A stretch of 54,528 nt of DNA from Cyanobacteria bacterium P01_H01_bin.74. GTDB taxonomy: Bacteria > Cyanobacteriota > Vampirovibrionia > Vampirovibrionales > Vampirovibrionaceae. A program made the translations under genes and the position numbers. Every line of letters starts with the position of its first letter. Positions within the stretch are counted from its first letter, which is position 1. This document shows, in pieces, positions 39,571 through 48,797 of the stretch. Under the pieces are notes generated by a model. That model made no database searches and was not told the DNA's origin. It saw only the letters and a program-made list of their open reading frames with translations. Location: assembly GCA_038745945.1 (NCBI GenBank), contig JBCDLA010000004.1, forward strand, positions 1 through 54,528. Direction: 5' to 3'.

Positions 39571-40401
39571 TTAAGGCTTGGGTATTGAAAGACAATGTGG
39601 TTGATTGAGTGCTAAAGTCAATGCTGAAACGGCCACACAGCTGGCTGTGTCAGCACGCAGTATTTTGCTTCCCAAAGCAACGGGGAGAAATCCTTTTTCA
39701 CGAAACTGCAGTGCCTCACTATCAGACCAGCCGCCTTCCGGGCCAATAGCAAGCATTACCCTGACTGGATGCTCAACTTTTTGAGCAAACTGTTCTTGGA
39801 TGTATTGATTCCAGGGAATCCGATTGTCCCCGCGCTCGTGAAGAAAACAGTAATGCATTTTGGTTTTGTTTACACTGTCCAGATTTTCTTCATTGTTTAA
39901 AAACGCATCAAAATATACTGGCTGTTTAACCATGGGCAAAACCAAGCTTTCCGATTGCTCTGCTGCAGACTGTACAACAGCTTGCCAACGCTTGCGTTTT
40001 TTCTCAACATCTTGCAAAGAAACTTGAACCATAACCCGCTCAGACAAAACAGGCTGGATTTCAGTTATGCCAAGCTCGGTTGCTTTTTGTAGTAACCAGT
40101 GCCAATGGGTTTCTTTAATAACAGCAGCAGCCAGCATAATTTGAGGCCAGCAAGCATTATGAACCGCTTCAACAGATTGCAGCTGCACACAGATTGCTTG
40201 TTTATTAATGGATTTAATTTTGGCACGATAAGCACATTGAGACTTTTGACAGACTAATGCAATAGGGTCACCAACTTTCACGCGGCAGACCGTTGCGATG
40301 TAATGTACGGTTTCTTTTAACTGCAAAACAGCATCTTCAGGCAAACTGCTTTCAGATATTGTTTTGTTAAGCTCAGTTGTATAAAAATATTTCAGGGGCA
40401 T
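39571..40401 (-). CDS. rsmE: 16S rRNA m3U1498 methyltransferase
   Basis: LQKATELGI, AAEQS, IGPEGGWS, LGSKILRADTA. Confidence 0.96.
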   Translation of the reverse strand: MPLKYFYTTELNKTISESSLPEDAVLQLKETVHYIATVCRVKVGDPIALVCQKSQCAYRAKIKSINKQAICVQLQSVEAVHNACWPQIMLAAAVIKETHWHWLLQKATELGITEIQPVLSERVMVQVSLQDVEKKRKRWQAVVQSAAEQSESLVLPMVKQPVYFDAFLNNEENLDSVNKTKMHYCFLHERGDNRIPWNQYIQEQFAQKVEHPVRVMLAIGPEGGWSDSEALQFREKGFLPVALGSKILRADTASCVAVSALTLALNQPHCLSIPKP

Positions 40402-40483
40402 GGTTCACTCTGTATTTACTTTCAATGGCATCCGAGCCAACACAGTTTCTATTGATGCCATGTAATGCCAGGCGCATTGCTAC

Positions 40484-41422
40484 CTATTGCAATTGAGCTT
40501 TGAGGCAATACCAACTGTTTTCAGTTGTTTCAACGATATGAATAAAACCACTGTTTGTTAACTTTGTTTTTACTGGCAAAACAGTTTTTGCAATGAGGCC
40601 CGTGAAAATGACGGACCCGCCAGGGGCCAAGCAAGCCATTAAATCGTCAAATAAGCCAAGAATTGTTTCTGCAATAATATTAACAACAACCAGGTTAAAG
40701 CCCACGCTTCGACTGTCTTTTAGGGGGGAACTGGTAAATTTAATCTTTGAGGCCACCCTGTTGGCATCTGCGTTTTTTTGAGCAGTTTGCAGGGCAGCCG
40801 GGTCAATATCCATTGCCACAATTTCTTTAAACCCCAGTTGGGCAGCAAATATTGCCAATACCCCTGACCCCGTGCCCACATCCAAAACCCGACATTGACC
40901 TGTGTTCTGTGCACAAGCGTGTTGTTCAATTGCCCGCAAAGCCAGTCGCGTGGTTTCATGAGCCCCTGTTCCAAATGCGTTTTCTGGATCGATGCAAATC
41001 ACAGTCTCATTCGGGTTATTTGGTTCATAAGACAGCCATGCGGGACAAATAACAATCCTTTCAGAAACCCGAGTCACTTTCCAGTAAGCCTTCCAGGCTG
41101 ATTCCCAGTCTTCAGGCGCTAAGGGTCTTGTTTCAAGAATTGTGCAACCTTCTAAAAAAGTTGGATTGGCACTGAGAAGTTGCTCAACGTTAAGCCTGGC
41201 ATCTGGGCTGCTGCTAATAACGGAAAGGGCTTGTAAATCTTCCAACCGGGTTTGATCGCTGTCTGTACTGGGTTGATAAAGGGTTGAAACGCTGGAGACA
41301 CCCTCAAGAGTCCACAGCAATTCTTCCAAATGCCAAGCAATCCGTGGGGGACAGTATATTTTGATTTCCGTTAATAGGGTGCTTGGGGCTATATTCGGAT
41401 TTAAGAGGTTCTCTGAGGACAT
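40484..41422 (-). CDS. prmA: Ribosomal protein L11 methyltransferase
   Basis: EDWESAWKAYW, IDPENAFGTGAHETT, VLDVGTGSGVLAI, DIDP. Confidence 0.95.
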   Translation of the reverse strand: MSSENLLNPNIAPSTLLTEIKIYCPPRIAWHLEELLWTLEGVSSVSTLYQPSTDSDQTRLEDLQALSVISSSPDARLNVEQLLSANPTFLEGCTILETRPLAPEDWESAWKAYWKVTRVSERIVICPAWLSYEPNNPNETVICIDPENAFGTGAHETTRLALRAIEQHACAQNTGQCRVLDVGTGSGVLAIFAAQLGFKEIVAMDIDPAALQTAQKNADANRVASKIKFTSSPLKDSRSVGFNLVVVNIIAETILGLFDDLMACLAPGGSVIFTGLIAKTVLPVKTKLTNSGFIHIVETTENSWYCLKAQLQ

Positions 41423-41736
41423 AGGTAATATTTTTGTTAAGTTTCTTGGTTAAATTTCTTGACTGAAACGTGAGTTAACTACGTTTGTTTAACCCTTTGG
41501 CGTTGGAAGCCACCTGTAAAGACAAATAGTATTGTTTGTGCTATCGTTTGTCAAAAATTAATGGTTTTTTGCATTTTGCAAATTCAATATTTGGGATCAA
41601 CACACTTCCGGATTCAACAAGCTCATATACCTTTGTAGTTTGTTACGCTTCTTCCCTCAAATCTCTATTACTTAGAATCAATGGTGTATCACGAATATTA
41701 AAACGAATAAATGATTAAGACAAAGAAAGTCTCACT

Positions 41737-42984
41737 ATGGCCCAAAACGAAATTGACGCTGAATTTTTACCCCTGCCTTCAGACAATTTAGGCAAATTAC
41801 CGCCTTACCTTTTTGCTGAGATTGATCGAAAAATTGATGAAGCAAAAGCCAAAGGCGTCGATATTATCAGCCTTGGTGTTGGAGACCCCGATTTACCGAC
41901 GCCACAGCCTATTGTAGATGCGATGGTTTCTGCTACTCAAGATTCTAGAACCCACAATTACCCGCCTTATCACGGGACTGCTGAATTCCGGGATTCGGTC
42001 AGTCGGTGGATGCAAACCCGTTTTGATGTTTCAGTTGACCCAAGTTCTGAGGTTATGTCTCTAATTGGTTCTAAAGAAGGCTTGGCACACTTAATTTTAG
42101 CGTACATCAACCCAGGGGATGTTGTCCTTTGTCCGTCACCAGGATATCCCGTCTATAACAACTATACCCTGCTTTGCCACGGTGAGCCTGTTGTTATGCC
42201 GCTATTAAAAGAAAATCATTTTTTGCCTGATCTGACCAAGATCTCTGATGATATTGCAAGACGGGCAAAAATATTGTTTCTCAATTATCCAAACAACCCC
42301 ATTGGGGCCATTATTGACGAGCCAAAGATGGCAGAAATTGTTGCTTTCTGTAAAAAACACAAAATTCTGCTCTGCCACGATCACGCCTACTCTGAAATGA
42401 CATTCGATGGGTACAAAGCACCCAGCTTTTTATCCATTCCTGATGCAAAGTCAGTCTGTATTGAAATGTTTTCTCTGAGTAAAATGTACAATATGACGGG
42501 TTGGCGGGTTGGTTTTGCCGTTGGAAATCCAACAGCTATCAAAACCTTGGGCACTGTTAAAAACAACACGGATAGCGGTGTCTTTAAAGCGATTCAACAT
42601 GCTGCCGCTGTTGGACTTGATCAATCGGCGCAGTTAACTGCCGGCTTAAACGAAATTTATGCCCGTCGCCGTGATCTGTTTTTATCGGGTCTTCAAAAAT
42701 TGGGGTGGCCGGTAACAAAAAATGAAGCCACTTTTTACCTTTGGTTGCCAGTACCCACTGGTATGAAAAGTGTCGATTTTGTGAGCCTGCTTCTGGATAA
42801 ATGTGGTGTTGTTGTACCACCCGGGACAGGATACGGAGCAGAAGGTGAAGGCTTTTTTAGGGTTGCCCTGACAGTTTCTGAAGAACGTCTTGCAGAAGTT
42901 ATTCAGCGAATGGATTCTGCCGGAATTCACTTTGATGCACTGTCGGAGAAAAACGCCAAGCAATCGCAAACAGCCCTGGCTTAA
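41737..42984 (+). CDS. dapL: LL-diaminopimelate aminotransferase (class I/II PLP enzyme)
   Basis: LPPYLFAEID, LGVGDPD, LIGSKEG, LNYPNNP, SLSKMYNMTGWRVG, KNNTDSG. Confidence 0.85.
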   Translation: MAQNEIDAEFLPLPSDNLGKLPPYLFAEIDRKIDEAKAKGVDIISLGVGDPDLPTPQPIVDAMVSATQDSRTHNYPPYHGTAEFRDSVSRWMQTRFDVSVDPSSEVMSLIGSKEGLAHLILAYINPGDVVLCPSPGYPVYNNYTLLCHGEPVVMPLLKENHFLPDLTKISDDIARRAKILFLNYPNNPIGAIIDEPKMAEIVAFCKKHKILLCHDHAYSEMTFDGYKAPSFLSIPDAKSVCIEMFSLSKMYNMTGWRVGFAVGNPTAIKTLGTVKNNTDSGVFKAIQHAAAVGLDQSAQLTAGLNEIYARRRDLFLSGLQKLGWPVTKNEATFYLWLPVPTGMKSVDFVSLLLDKCGVVVPPGTGYGAEGEGFFRVALTVSEERLAEVIQRMDSAGIHFDALSEKNAKQSQTALA

Positions 42985-43048
42985 ATATCAGCAGACATCA
43001 CTGCAAAATTAATACGAAGCCTTTAAAACAGTACAGTTCAAAACCCTC

Positions 43049-44008
43049 ATGAGTAAATTCAGTTCCTTTTTAGACTCAAATAATTTTCCAGATGATGAGT
43101 CTGAAAATCAATCAAATTTTCAGTCTGAAGGTAAGTTTTCAGAGTTTTCCGATGATCAAAATGACTTTGATAAAAGGCTAGACGAGGAAAGCGGCTTAGA
43201 GTCAAAAGAATCCTCAAAAAAACACTTGTCTGATGATGACAAATCGGAATCGGATGATGTAATAGTTCTTGATTTTGAAATTGAAAACAGTATTTCATCG
43301 GAAGACGATGACGAAGAGGATCAATCTTTGTTTGACCTTGATGATCTTGAATCTGACGAGTTTCTGCCTGAAGATGATGTTTTAGAGGAAGACGACAACA
43401 CACTAATTTTTAGTCAGGGAGAAACATTTGAAGACGTCTTGACCAAAGCACTCTCTGCAGGGTTTTTTGGTGATTTACCCGAAGATGATCACGCCGATTA
43501 TTCAAAAAATAGGGCTGACAGACAAAAGAAAAAAAGCAAGACTAAAAACGAAAGCAGTGAAACGCGCAACAGCGAAAAAGAAACCATTACGATTTCACAC
43601 TTTTTCTCAGTTGAAGAGGCTGTATTATGCATTCCCAAGGTAAAAACTTTACTGTCAGAGACCAGAAAAGCTTTATACCCCATTAAAGATGAAATCATAT
43701 TCTCAAAACGTCTGCTTCAAAGCAGGCAAAACGCCGGTAAGTCCATTACGGATGAAGATGTTTTGGTACTGAAAAAGAAATTGATTGCTTATGAAAAAAT
43801 GCTGTCTGCCTGGATTAAACGGTTTGCAGAACAAGGCTTTCTTTTGAAGGATGTTGAAAGCGGGCTGGTCGATTTTCCGTACAAATCAAAGTCCAAAAAT
43901 GCGTTGTATTTTCTCTGCTGGCATCCGCCTGAAGAAGGCATATTTTTCTTTCATAAGCCAGAGGAAGGCTACCGTGAACGCCATCCAATAACCTTGTTGC
44001 CAGAATAA
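43049..44008 (+). CDS. DUF2203-like domain with a long acidic N-terminal extension
   Basis: C-terminal FSVEEA...LKDVESGLVDFP...FLCWHPPE...FFH...GY..RHPI; first ~150 aa very D/E-rich. Confidence 0.8.
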   Translation: MSKFSSFLDSNNFPDDESENQSNFQSEGKFSEFSDDQNDFDKRLDEESGLESKESSKKHLSDDDKSESDDVIVLDFEIENSISSEDDDEEDQSLFDLDDLESDEFLPEDDVLEEDDNTLIFSQGETFEDVLTKALSAGFFGDLPEDDHADYSKNRADRQKKKSKTKNESSETRNSEKETITISHFFSVEEAVLCIPKVKTLLSETRKALYPIKDEIIFSKRLLQSRQNAGKSITDEDVLVLKKKLIAYEKMLSAWIKRFAEQGFLLKDVESGLVDFPYKSKSKNALYFLCWHPPEEGIFFFHKPEEGYRERHPITLLPE

Positions 44009-44071
44009 TATCTTTTCTATTTTTATAGTGTTTATTATTAATATTAAGGTCTAACGAAATAAATTTCTGAT

Positions 44072-44794
44072 TTGTTGACACAAAAAAAACAACACCTGTG
44101 GAAAAAATTTGCCTTATATGCGTTGTTCACATTACTGGGTGGATTTACAGGCTTTCTTTTTGTAACTTTTACTGAATTGGGGCCTCAGGGGATACAATCA
44201 GTCTGGTCGGCATTCACTGGGCAAAAAAAACCAGCAGACATTCAGTTCTCTGAGAATTCATCATTTTCAATTAAAAAACAGGCCAGTTTATTTAATGCAC
44301 GGGTTACCCGGGTAATTAACAGCGCTTATGCACAAGAGTTTTTGATATTTGATCAATTGCCGCCTATTTTTTTTGATCAGCTGATTGCAAACAAAACAAC
44401 CCCATTACCGGTTCAGTGGTTAAGCTCTGTTGCAAACGAATGTCTCAAGTTACGGACTGCCAATGATTTTTTAAATCGTCAAAATGGTCAGATTGAGAAA
44501 AAAAGCTTGCCTGACCCAACAATCCAGGTTCAGAAAAGTACGCCTGTCACAAAACAAATCCTCTTCATTGAGAGAAATGGTAAGACGGGCAAGAAGACGA
44601 TGAAAGTTCCAGTGTGGGTATTTGATATACAGTTCAAACTGAGTACAGACACTTATAGCCGGTTTTACCGGTTTGCGGTTGTTTCCTCTAGTGAAATCAG
44701 TAATAAAACCCAAAGCCAAACGATAGTAACTTTTGCCCCAACTGCTGCATTTAATTTGACGCCATTGAAAAATCTAATTAAGGCGTTGAATTAA
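44072..44794 (+). CDS. Hypothetical membrane-anchored protein
   Basis: 240-aa ORF with one N-terminal TM helix. Confidence 0.6.
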   Translation: MLTQKKQHLWKKFALYALFTLLGGFTGFLFVTFTELGPQGIQSVWSAFTGQKKPADIQFSENSSFSIKKQASLFNARVTRVINSAYAQEFLIFDQLPPIFFDQLIANKTTPLPVQWLSSVANECLKLRTANDFLNRQNGQIEKKSLPDPTIQVQKSTPVTKQILFIERNGKTGKKTMKVPVWVFDIQFKLSTDTYSRFYRFAVVSSSEISNKTQSQTIVTFAPTAAFNLTPLKNLIKALN

Positions 44795-44876
44795 ATGACC
44801 AATGCCAATGATTTAACATAGAAAAAGCAAAGCTACTTTTTTTGAATCAATAAGCTGCTGATGTGGTTCTATGAGG

Positions 44877-44965
44877 TGGTGCCCGAGGCCGGACTTGAAC
44901 CGGCACAGACATAAATGTCCGAAGGATTTTAAGTCCTTTGTGTCTACCGATTCCACCACTCGGGC
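44877..44965 (-). tRNA. tRNA-Leu (anticodon TAA)
   Basis: Reverse complement GCCCGAGTGGTGGAATCGGTAGACAC-AAAGGACTTAAAATCCTT-long variable arm-GGTTCAAGTCC-CTCGGGCACCA. Confidence 0.97.
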
Positions 44966-45071
44966 GAGTGTCTCATTACAGTAATAGGCAGATACTGCAT
45001 CTTTCGTAAAATAAGATTAAAGTAAACACAGCAGAAAAGGAAGGCAAAATAATCCGTTTTATTTTTTTTAT

Positions 45072-45145
45072 TGGAGGCGGCACCCAGATTTGAACTGGGG
45101 ATAAGAGTTTTGCAGACTCCTGCCTTACCACTTGGCTATGCCGCC
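45072..45145 (-). tRNA. tRNA-Cys (anticodon GCA)
   Basis: Reverse complement GGCGGCATAGCCAAGTGGTAAGGCAGGAGTCTGCAAAACTCTTATCCCCAGTTCAAATCTGGGTGCCGCCTCCA. Confidence 0.97.
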
Positions 45146-45240
45146 ATACCTTTCTTTTCTTTTGTATTACTTAAAACCATAGGCCGAACGAAAAAAAAAA
45201 TCAAATGCTTCTTTTAAAGAAGCAAAGACAATATAAAACA

Positions 45241-46281
45241 TTAAGTCGCTGTTTTTTTCATCAGGTAATGCGATACCTGCCATTCTGTCCCATTTTGATA
45301 GCCCCACAATTCTGCGCAGGCCAGAAAAAAGACTTTCCAGTACACCCACCATTTCAGGGCTTGGCTGTTGCCGTAGGTTTCCTGAAGAACTGGCATAATG
45401 GCAGTACGGTTGGCCTTCATCTTTTCAAGCCAGGCCTCTGCTGTTTTCTGATAGTGGACCCCGTTCACCACCCAGTCTTTTTCAACCATCAGGTCTTTGT
45501 CAAAATAGCGAAACAAATCGTGCGATGGCATGGTGCCTCCGGTAAAGAAGTGCCGGGTCAGCCAGTCTGTGCCATCGGTGTCTTCATAGTGGTAGGCAGA
45601 GGCCTTGTGCGTAAAAATATGAACAAACAGCCTGCCTTCTGGGGTGAGCCAACGCGACAGTTTCTCAAACAGGCGGTTGTAATTTTTCATGTGCTCCATC
45701 ATTTCAATGCTCACAATGCGATCAAAGCCTGGCGATGTGTCAAAATCATAGGTTACAATATTGCCGGTAATAACAGTCAGGTTTTTAATGCCTCGAGCAT
45801 CCCGGCGGGCCTCAATGAACTGGCGCTGTGTTTTTGAGTTTGACAAAGCCGTAACAGTGCATTCCGGAAACTGCTCAGCCACCCACAAGCTGAAGGATCC
45901 CCAACCGCACCCGAGATCAAGAATACGCTGCCCTGGCTGAATTCCAGCACGCTCAGCATATAATTTCAACATGGCCAGTTCTGCTTCAGCCAGTGTGTTG
46001 GTTTCTTGGGTCCAGAGACCGCTGCTGTATTTGAGCGTTGGTCCTAGAACACTGTTAAAAAAACTGGCGGGAACCTGGTAATGCTGATTATTGGCCGCAT
46101 CGGTTTCAATGGCTATGGGGCTGTTGTTCAGCTCTTCAACAAAGCGGTTAAAATACTGTGACTTGTCAGCATCGGTTGCAAAAGCCAGTGATTTTTTCTT
46201 TTCTGCCAAAAACCGGCGGATCTGCCAGCGAATCATCCATTCGGGCAACCGGTTGGTTTCCATTATTTTATACATGAACAT
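45241..46281 (-). CDS. SAM-dependent methyltransferase, cyclopropane-fatty-acyl synthase-like family
   Basis: ANNQHYQVP, LKYSSG, ILDLGCGWGS, SIEMMEHMKNY, FFTGGTMPS, FFLACAELWG. Confidence 0.9.
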   Translation of the reverse strand: MFMYKIMETNRLPEWMIRWQIRRFLAEKKKSLAFATDADKSQYFNRFVEELNNSPIAIETDAANNQHYQVPASFFNSVLGPTLKYSSGLWTQETNTLAEAELAMLKLYAERAGIQPGQRILDLGCGWGSFSLWVAEQFPECTVTALSNSKTQRQFIEARRDARGIKNLTVITGNIVTYDFDTSPGFDRIVSIEMMEHMKNYNRLFEKLSRWLTPEGRLFVHIFTHKASAYHYEDTDGTDWLTRHFFTGGTMPSHDLFRYFDKDLMVEKDWVVNGVHYQKTAEAWLEKMKANRTAIMPVLQETYGNSQALKWWVYWKVFFLACAELWGYQNGTEWQVSHYLMKKTAT

Positions 46282-46448
46282 GGGAGGGTGTAACCGTTTC
46301 TTGGGTTTCGTGTTTGTAAAATATTGTTGTCATTTATTTCAGTTTTTTTTGGTTTTTTCAAACCTTTTCATACTGGTTTATCTAGCTTTACTGGTTTTAT
46401 TGGCTTTTAGCGGTTGTTACTTCTTGCGATTTATTTAAATTGGTTCCG

Positions 46449-47291
46449 TTATGAAGCTACTTTCTTCTTGAAAAACGGAATAAACGGGCTGGTTGTTTCT
46501 TGATATTGCCGGTAGGGTTCTCCCCGACTCTGCAGCAAGCGCGCTTCTGTGGCAGCAATTCCTGTCACATTGATTAAAAAATGCAGCATCAGCAGTGGCA
46601 CATAAGCCATGGTCCAGCCCCACGGATAAGGCAGGACAAAGACAAAGACACCCACCCAAAACAACCACTGAAAAAAGTAATTGGGGTGACGCGAATAATT
46701 CCAGAACCCTGCCTGACAAACTGTGCCTTTATTGGCAGGATTGGCTTTAAACTGCCGCAGTTGCTCATCAGACAAGGCTTCACAAACAACGGCAAAAACC
46801 ATAACCACAGCCGCTGCAGACTGCATTGGGCTAACCGGGGTTGCGGGGTTTGAGAATACCAGGTAAACAGGCACTGAAATTAACAGCATCAGCAGGCCTT
46901 GAAGCTGATAAGCCAGCCACATCATCAGCTCAGCATTCTGGCCGCTGTTTTTCCAGTCTTCACGAAACCGGGTGTAGCGGGCATCTTCAACAGGCCATTC
47001 TTTGAGAAACCGGTCAAGCAGGTACGTCCCCAAGCGCAACCCTGACAAAACCACACAGATACTAAACAAAACATGCGGGTTGGTCATAGGGAAACCCGCC
47101 GAGAAATCAGGTGCCGGCACCGGGGTAATCAGCCAATAAAAAGTGGTTACCGGCAGAATGAAATAGCCCCAAAACACATCCACGATGCCTGCATTTTTAA
47201 ATTTGTAAGACAATGCCCACAACAGGGTCATTGTGGTAAAAATACCCGCCCACAAAAGCAGCGGAGGCATCCAGAAAGGGGACATACTCAA
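46449..47291 (-). CDS. DUF1295 family membrane protein (steroid 5-alpha reductase-like)
   Basis: NAGIVDVFWG, EDARY, EALSDEQL, GFWNYSRHPNYF, YQETTSPFIP. Confidence 0.9.
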   Translation of the reverse strand: MSMSPFWMPPLLLWAGIFTTMTLLWALSYKFKNAGIVDVFWGYFILPVTTFYWLITPVPAPDFSAGFPMTNPHVLFSICVVLSGLRLGTYLLDRFLKEWPVEDARYTRFREDWKNSGQNAELMMWLAYQLQGLLMLLISVPVYLVFSNPATPVSPMQSAAAVVMVFAVVCEALSDEQLRQFKANPANKGTVCQAGFWNYSRHPNYFFQWLFWVGVFVFVLPYPWGWTMAYVPLLMLHFLINVTGIAATEARLLQSRGEPYRQYQETTSPFIPFFKKKVAS

Positions 47292-47641
47292 GACAGCCTT
47301 TCTTTATTGGGTCGAAGCAACACATCGGCTGGGCTCGCATTGGGTGGCAACCGCAAAACAATCAGAAGAACGTAGATGGCCATAGCGATATTACCCAGCC
47401 CCATAATTAAAATAAACCAGATTAAACGGCTGATTGCAGCTGTTTCTCGGTAAAATAGCCAGGCATAAAATGTCAGAAACCCGCAATAAGCATCCGCCAG
47501 GGTTGCAATAAACCAGGGATCGCTGGTCACAGTGGCAGGTATTTTCAGAATGCTTTCATTAAGCGTTGCCCAGGTGACCGTCACAACCATCACCAGCAAA
47601 ATTAGACCAAACAGGACTTTTAATCTCGTAATACCGTTCAT
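47288..47641 (-). CDS. DUF1475-like small membrane protein
   Basis: PWFIATLADAYCGF...WLFYRE...LGNIA...YVL. Confidence 0.8.
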   Translation of the reverse strand: MNGITRLKVLFGLILLVMVVTVTWATLNESILKIPATVTSDPWFIATLADAYCGFLTFYAWLFYRETAAISRLIWFILIMGLGNIAMAIYVLLIVLRLPPNASPADVLLRPNKERLS

Positions 47642-48342
47642 AACAACTTGAATCCCAATGGTTGAAGCAACTGGGTTAAGGCGTGTAACGGCAGGCCAAC
47701 CACATTGAAATAGCAGCCCTCAATTTTTTCAACCAGTGTACTCCCAATGCCCTGAATGGCATAAGCCCCCGCTTTGTCCATGGGTTCCTGCGTATCAACG
47801 TAGCTTGCAATCGTTTCAGTCGACATAGCAGCCATTGTTACCGTTGTTTCAGTAACCGATTGCAAGAAGCCAGGATCTTCAAACGTGGCTGCGGTTTGAT
47901 TTTGCCCGGTAAGGCTAGATTCTTGTCCGGTTTCTTGATAAAAGGCTGGCGGGTAAAAAATACTAATCCCCGTCAAGACCTGATGCTGGTTGCCCTGTAA
48001 TTTTGTGAGCATCTCAATGGCGTGGGCTTTATCCGTGGGCTTACCTAAAACCGTATGATTAAATACCACCACCGTGTCAGCGCCAATCACGATTGAACCG
48101 GGCTGATGCTTATAGACTTCTTGGGCCTTGAGGCGGGATAAGAATCCTACAAGTGCTTCAGGAGACAGGTGAGACAAGGCGTAAGCGCTTTCATCAACTT
48201 TTGAGGGAATCACTGAAAATTCTAACCCCAAAGACGAAAGCAATTGTTGCCGGCGTGGAGAAACTGATGCCAAAACCAAGCGGTGTTTTGTTATTGATCT
48301 TTTCGGGGCAGTGTCGGTATCGTTTTCTTGAAGGCTGTGCAT
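47638..48342 (-). CDS. maf: Maf-family nucleoside triphosphate pyrophosphatase
   Basis: LVLASVSPRRQQLL, IGADTVV, LGKP, EPMDKAGAYAIQG, NVVGLP. Confidence 0.95.
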   Translation of the reverse strand: MHSLQENDTDTAPKRSITKHRLVLASVSPRRQQLLSSLGLEFSVIPSKVDESAYALSHLSPEALVGFLSRLKAQEVYKHQPGSIVIGADTVVVFNHTVLGKPTDKAHAIEMLTKLQGNQHQVLTGISIFYPPAFYQETGQESSLTGQNQTAATFEDPGFLQSVTETTVTMAAMSTETIASYVDTQEPMDKAGAYAIQGIGSTLVEKIEGCYFNVVGLPLHALTQLLQPLGFKLL

Positions 48343-48797
48343 TTTAAAAAATAGACTCGTTAAAAAAGTGGGCTCGGGTTATTTTGTGACTTCCTGGATG
48401 ATGCTTATATTAAAAAAGAAGGTTAATAAATAGTCGGGATAAAACGCCTGCTGTTGGTGGTTTGTTCACAGGGTTTGTAATACTTAGTGATTTTTTTTAT
48501 TGAGCAGTGTTTGTTCAACAATCAACAATAAGGGTGTATTTTACTATACAGTAAACAAAAAAGACAAAGTTTGGGGTTTCAGAAAAAAGGCAAGAAAATT
48601 TTAAAGATTGTTTTTATTTATATATATTTCTAATATCAATCTGTCGATTACAATCCAATTTTTTTAGTCCTGAAAATCCTGAAAAAATTTCTAGGAGCTC
48701 CATTACAATCTGGACTCTATCACGGTTTTTTGACAGATTGCTCTGATACAGTTTTTCAATTAAAAAGCGCATGTTCTATTACCGGAGTTTTTAACCA

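Noticed and set aside
44795-45240. Genomic island integrated at tRNA-Leu or tRNA-Cys
   Set aside because: No integrase and no duplicated tRNA 3' end seen in the window
45205-45837. 210-aa + strand ORF and the many other short antisense or overlapping ORFs in the track
   Set aside because: Shadow frames of well-supported genes, with no recognisable motifs
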